Source: a virus (taxonomy: Duplodnaviria; Caudoviricetes). Taken from it: a stretch of 55,603 bases of DNA. This document shows, piece after piece, positions 52,553 through 55,603 of this stretch. Position 1 is the stretch's first letter. The number at the start of each line of letters is the position of its first letter. The notes under the pieces are model-generated. The model did not search any database, had not been told where the DNA came from, and saw nothing but the letters and a program-made list of their open reading frames with translations. The position numbers and the translations under genes were made by a program. The stretch spans positions 1 to 55,603 of the IMG/VR virus record IMGVR_UViG_3300031772_000046, one strand, 5' to 3'.

Positions 52553-53035
52553 ATGAACATCGAGAAGGGTCCGACCGTTGAGACGATTGCGGAATTCGGC
52601 AGGCGTTTGCAGGCATGGCTGGACGGGAAGGGCATGACCCAATGCGAGCTAGCCCAGGCACTCGGGATGCACGCGAGCCAGTTGAGCCGCATTATACGCG
52701 GGGCCGTCAATCCGTCGTGGAGTACGGGCGAAATGCTCAGGGTGATTATGGCCGAGGAGGAAGCGCGCGACCCGGAGGCCGCGCTGGCAATGACCCTGGC
52801 CCGGCTCTTCCCCGACCAGGAGCGGAGGCGTCTGGTCCTCGATCTGATCAAGACCGTCCGCGCCCTGGAGTCAAACAACGCCACCGACAACGGCGGCGAC
52901 CTCGCCCCCCCGGTTTCATCTCCCCTCAGGCAGCACGGCGCGGAGACGACCAAGCGCAGGCGGGATGGGCAGAGACGGCAGCACCCAAAATCTTCCGAGC
53001 CACTAATACTCTTATATGCCGCCTCCTCAGCGTAG
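52553..53035 (+). CDS. CI-like XRE HTH repressor (no S24 peptidase domain seen)
   Basis: GMTQCELAQALGMHASQLSRIIRG...PS; divergent from the cro-like gene. Confidence 0.85.
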   Translation: MNIEKGPTVETIAEFGRRLQAWLDGKGMTQCELAQALGMHASQLSRIIRGAVNPSWSTGEMLRVIMAEEEARDPEAALAMTLARLFPDQERRRLVLDLIKTVRALESNNATDNGGDLAPPVSSPLRQHGAETTKRRRDGQRRQHPKSSEPLILLYAASSA

Positions 53036-53133
53036 CCCGCTAGCATCATCCTGTCAAGTCCTTCTCGCCCCGCCTAATTCCCTGGACATTATAGCTCGAC
53101 CGTGGTATCCTGTTCCTTGAAGGGGGTGCCCGG

Positions 53134-54027
53134 ATGAGGCCCGAGTTCGTGGATTGGGCACGATCCGAAAGGGGTGTGGCGCCCGATTCTCTGAGGACGT
53201 ATCTTTACGGCATCAGCAAGCTTGACCGGGCGGCGGCGGGTGACGACCTCGACATAGACCACCTGGACAAGGGGCAATTGCGCCACTACATCGGGGTCAT
53301 GTATGATCGGTTCAGCAACGTCAGCACGCGCCTCACGATAGTGAGCGGCATAAAGAGGTACTACGAGTTTCTGCAAAAGGAGGGCCTGCGTGCGGATAAC
53401 CCGGCCCGCGACTTCCGGGCCGTGGCCCGGCACGGGGAGTTGCCCCGCATCCCCAGCTTCGCGGACGTGGAGCGGTTCCTGCATCTGCCGCCCGTCTCTG
53501 AAACCCCCTGGGCGCGCCGCGACTATCTCATCAAGTGGCTACTCGCGGGGTGCGCCATCAGGCGGGGCGAGGTTCGTGAGCTTCGCGTCGGCGATGTCGG
53601 TCTGGAGGAACGAACGCTGCGCGTTCTGGGCAAGGGCAGGAAGACCCGCATTGTGCCCCTAGGAGACCGACTGGTGGCCCTCCTCGGAGTCTACCTTGAG
53701 GATATTCGCCCGAGGCTTGCCCGGGGAGGCCTGCGGCACGGCCGTGCCCCCACCGACTACCTGCTCTTGGGGTGGAGGGGCGGCCCCCTGGCTAGGGACT
53801 GCGTTCGTCACGCCCTGGTGAACATCGCCAAGCATTACGGGGTGCCTCCGATTTCGCCGCATAAGTTCAGACATGCGGCGGCGCGGCGGATGATCATCGG
53901 CGGCGCCAGTCTGCGGGCGGTGCAGAAGGTGCTGGGGCACTCCAAGGTCGCGACCACGGAGGTCTACACATTCATGTACGATGAGGAGGTTGGCGACCAG
54001 GTGCGCCGGGCGAACCCCTGGGCGTGA
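53134..54027 (+). CDS. XerC/XerD-like tyrosine recombinase
   Basis: R..E, GKG.K.R.VP, HKFRH, LGH...TT..Y; 297 aa with no arm-binding domain. Confidence 0.96.
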   Translation: MRPEFVDWARSERGVAPDSLRTYLYGISKLDRAAAGDDLDIDHLDKGQLRHYIGVMYDRFSNVSTRLTIVSGIKRYYEFLQKEGLRADNPARDFRAVARHGELPRIPSFADVERFLHLPPVSETPWARRDYLIKWLLAGCAIRRGEVRELRVGDVGLEERTLRVLGKGRKTRIVPLGDRLVALLGVYLEDIRPRLARGGLRHGRAPTDYLLLGWRGGPLARDCVRHALVNIAKHYGVPPISPHKFRHAAARRMIIGGASLRAVQKVLGHSKVATTEVYTFMYDEEVGDQVRRANPWA

Positions 54028-54034
54028 AGGGGAA

Positions 54035-54143
54035 AGCCGCCGCCGTATTCGCCTCCCGTGGGGGCCTTGCTGCATGGCTGCGATTACGGGCGGCGTGGCG
54101 GCGGCTACGCCTTTATATTAGGACACTTTCCCGGCAGCGTCAA
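54035..54143 (-). ncRNA. Candidate small RNA with its own promoter, convergent to the recombinase
   Basis: TTGACG-17nt-TAATAT followed by a long hairpin closed by AGCCGCCGCC/GGCGGCGGCT. Confidence 0.45.
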
Positions 54144-54203
54144 GCGATACTAGTTGCTGGCGGCGTGAACATCCTCCTTCCAGGCATCCACCCCCTAAAA
54201 TAG

Positions 54204-54236
54204 CAAAAGCCCCCGCCTTGCGGCGAGGGGCTTTTG
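54204..54236. terminator. Bidirectional intrinsic terminator
   Basis: CAAAAGCCCC-CGCC..GGCG-A-GGGGCTTTTG. Confidence 0.85.
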
Positions 54237-54323
54237 TGCGGGCCGTAGACGGCCCTAGATGCGTTTGTCCGGTTGTAGGCTAAGTGAGTAGGGCCAAGGC
54301 CGTTTCGGTTCAGGGCGGTGCCT

Positions 54324-54680
54324 CTACGCCGGGGGGTTATCGGCCACAGGGGCGGAGGGCAAGACGTACTCCACGGCCTGGTTCATGGCGAATACCGCCT
54401 GCTCTCCAAGGATGCGCCACTGGTCGTCGGTCAGCTTCGGGCCGTATCTGGTCGCCAGATTCTTCATGTACCGGATCGCCGCCTGCATCTTCGCCTCGCC
54501 GTGGGCGTCCACGACGAACTGCTCGACGCACTCAACGGCGGTCGCCGCTATCGAGTACGCCTTGCCAAGCTTCTCGCCGCCCATCTTCTGTTGAAGATAC
54601 AGGCCCAGCAGAGTGAGGACGGTCGTAACCAGGGTGCCCACAACGGAGACGATCACCCGGAACAGGACATCATCCATCAT
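54324..54680 (-). CDS. Holin (LL-H-like)
   Basis: Single N-terminal TM; AVECVEQ..G.AK...A; EQAVFAMN. Confidence 0.8.
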   Translation of the reverse strand: MMDDVLFRVIVSVVGTLVTTVLTLLGLYLQQKMGGEKLGKAYSIAATAVECVEQFVVDAHGEAKMQAAIRYMKNLATRYGPKLTDDQWRILGEQAVFAMNQAVEYVLPSAPVADNPPA

Positions 54681-54691
54681 CTCGTACCCCC

Positions 54692-55336
54692 TTACTTGTT
54701 CTGCGGAAGGACGTTCTCCACGAGTCTCTTAAACAGGACCGCCGCCTGACCCACGGTCAGATTGGCAGCGGCATCAATGAGACCGTTCTGGTCGCCTTTC
54801 ATCAGGCCCACGTCACGCGCCCACTTGATGGCTATCTCGGCCCACTGCGTATCGCCTACTGGCTTCACCGCCTCTACAACGGCCTTTCTGAAGTTGGCTT
54901 CGGGAAAGAACTTGCCCGGACATGCGGTCGCCGTTCCCCCGATCTGCTGGCGGTGCAGGAGGATCCTGTCGGGCGTCAGACCGTGCTCCTTCATCAGGCC
55001 CAGGACAACCACGAGAAGGCCGCCAAACTGCGCCGGGGGCATGGGGGTGGTATCGAAGTTCCCGATGCAGGAGACGCCGATGCTACAGCGGTTGAGGCTG
55101 GGGCTAGTGGGCGATGAACCCGGTGCCCTGCCGTCGGTGTGGGCGCCGTCCATCAGCAAGGGGCGCCCGGTGCCCACAGACCCGTCAGCACGAACGAGGA
55201 AGTTGTAGCCGATGTCCTTGAACCCGCGTCCCTTGGGCGGCGGAGCCATGTGATAGGCCCTGATCTGTTCCACCGTCTGCGTCGCGGGACCGGCGGTGTG
55301 GTGAATGACGATCCATTCCTTATTATATGGTGCCAC
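54692..55336 (-). CDS. Endolysin: N-acetylmuramoyl-L-alanine amidase (Amidase_2) with SLH-like tail
   Basis: IHHTA, DIGYNF, GAHT, N..SIG, H...T.CPG; WA..AIKWA...GLMKG. Confidence 0.95.
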   Translation of the reverse strand: MAPYNKEWIVIHHTAGPATQTVEQIRAYHMAPPPKGRGFKDIGYNFLVRADGSVGTGRPLLMDGAHTDGRAPGSSPTSPSLNRCSIGVSCIGNFDTTPMPPAQFGGLLVVVLGLMKEHGLTPDRILLHRQQIGGTATACPGKFFPEANFRKAVVEAVKPVGDTQWAEIAIKWARDVGLMKGDQNGLIDAAANLTVGQAAVLFKRLVENVLPQNK

Positions 55337-55603
55337 TACTCTGGCCCCCGTTCCCCTTGAACCAGTTGATCAGCTTCCCGCCCACGTTCCCGATGGTCTG
55401 GATCGCGCCGGCGGTCAGGACGATCCCGAATACGAACGTGGCGACGTTGTAGAACTCCAGCCAGGATGAGTCGATGGGACAGCGCGAGGCGGTGATCTTC
55501 GTCAAGACGCCGTGCAGAAAGAGCCAGGCGATGATCACGGCCATGCCCGCCACGTCCTGGAGGGTCAGGCCGTTGGGGTCGTTCCCCCACCACACGAACT
55601 TTG
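55323..55603 (-). CDS. Two-TM membrane protein, possible second holin (5' end may lie outside the window)
   Basis: Two hydrophobic helices directly upstream of the endolysin. Confidence 0.6.
   Translation of the reverse strand, partial: KFVWWGNDPNGLTLQDVAGMAVIIAWLFLHGVLTKITASRCPIDSSWLEFYNVATFVFGIVLTAGAIQTIGNVGGKLINWFKGNGGQSSGTI

Larger units (their letters stand above)
1..55603. mobile_element. Temperate tailed phage genome segment (permuted or excised form)
   Basis: Terminase, portal, scaffold, lysis, recombinase, repressor, replication and recombination genes; no host housekeeping genes. Confidence 0.97.

Noticed and set aside
54028-54323. Prophage attL/attR boundary beside the recombinase
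   Set aside because: Phage lysis genes follow directly; no host genes or tRNA-derived core were recognised.

Overview
The whole window is part of a high-GC tailed (Caudoviricetes) temperate phage. The host is probably a GC-rich Bacillota/Firmicute, based on a Prp-type DLQMFA motif on the scaffold, an SLH-like endolysin tail, an ArpU/RinA regulator and a Bacillus-type dif site. No host chromosome is visible. The head operon runs off the left edge and the lysis cassette enters from the right edge, so the sequence looks like a permuted or excised genome. Reading right to left: lysis genes; a XerC/D-like recombinase; a cI/cro-like switch; a long leftward early/middle operon (YqaJ-RecT, initiator plus DnaC-like loader, SSB, RusA, MTase, ArpU); a 7-kb rightward island of about 22 tiny genes; a dif site; a second leftward block (MTase, 3 tRNAs, SAM MTases, phosphoesterase, GroES-like protein, two GT2 glycosyltransferases); then terS, terL, portal and scaffold. 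The most unusual content is non-coding RNA. (1) The small-gene island is punctuated by six covarying kink-turn hairpins and a complete type II hammerhead ribozyme, each between a stop codon and the next RBS. (2) All three tRNAs carry C33 in place of the near-invariant U33. (3) There are two large tRNA-shaped RNAs, a degenerate tRNA, and a tandem 40-nt pseudoknot repeat. Also notable are an HNH gene overprinted inside an uninterrupted DNA-methyltransferase ORF, up to five orphan HicB-like proteins, and many paralog pairs. All calls are by-eye motif and structure recognition; no database search or folding program was run.
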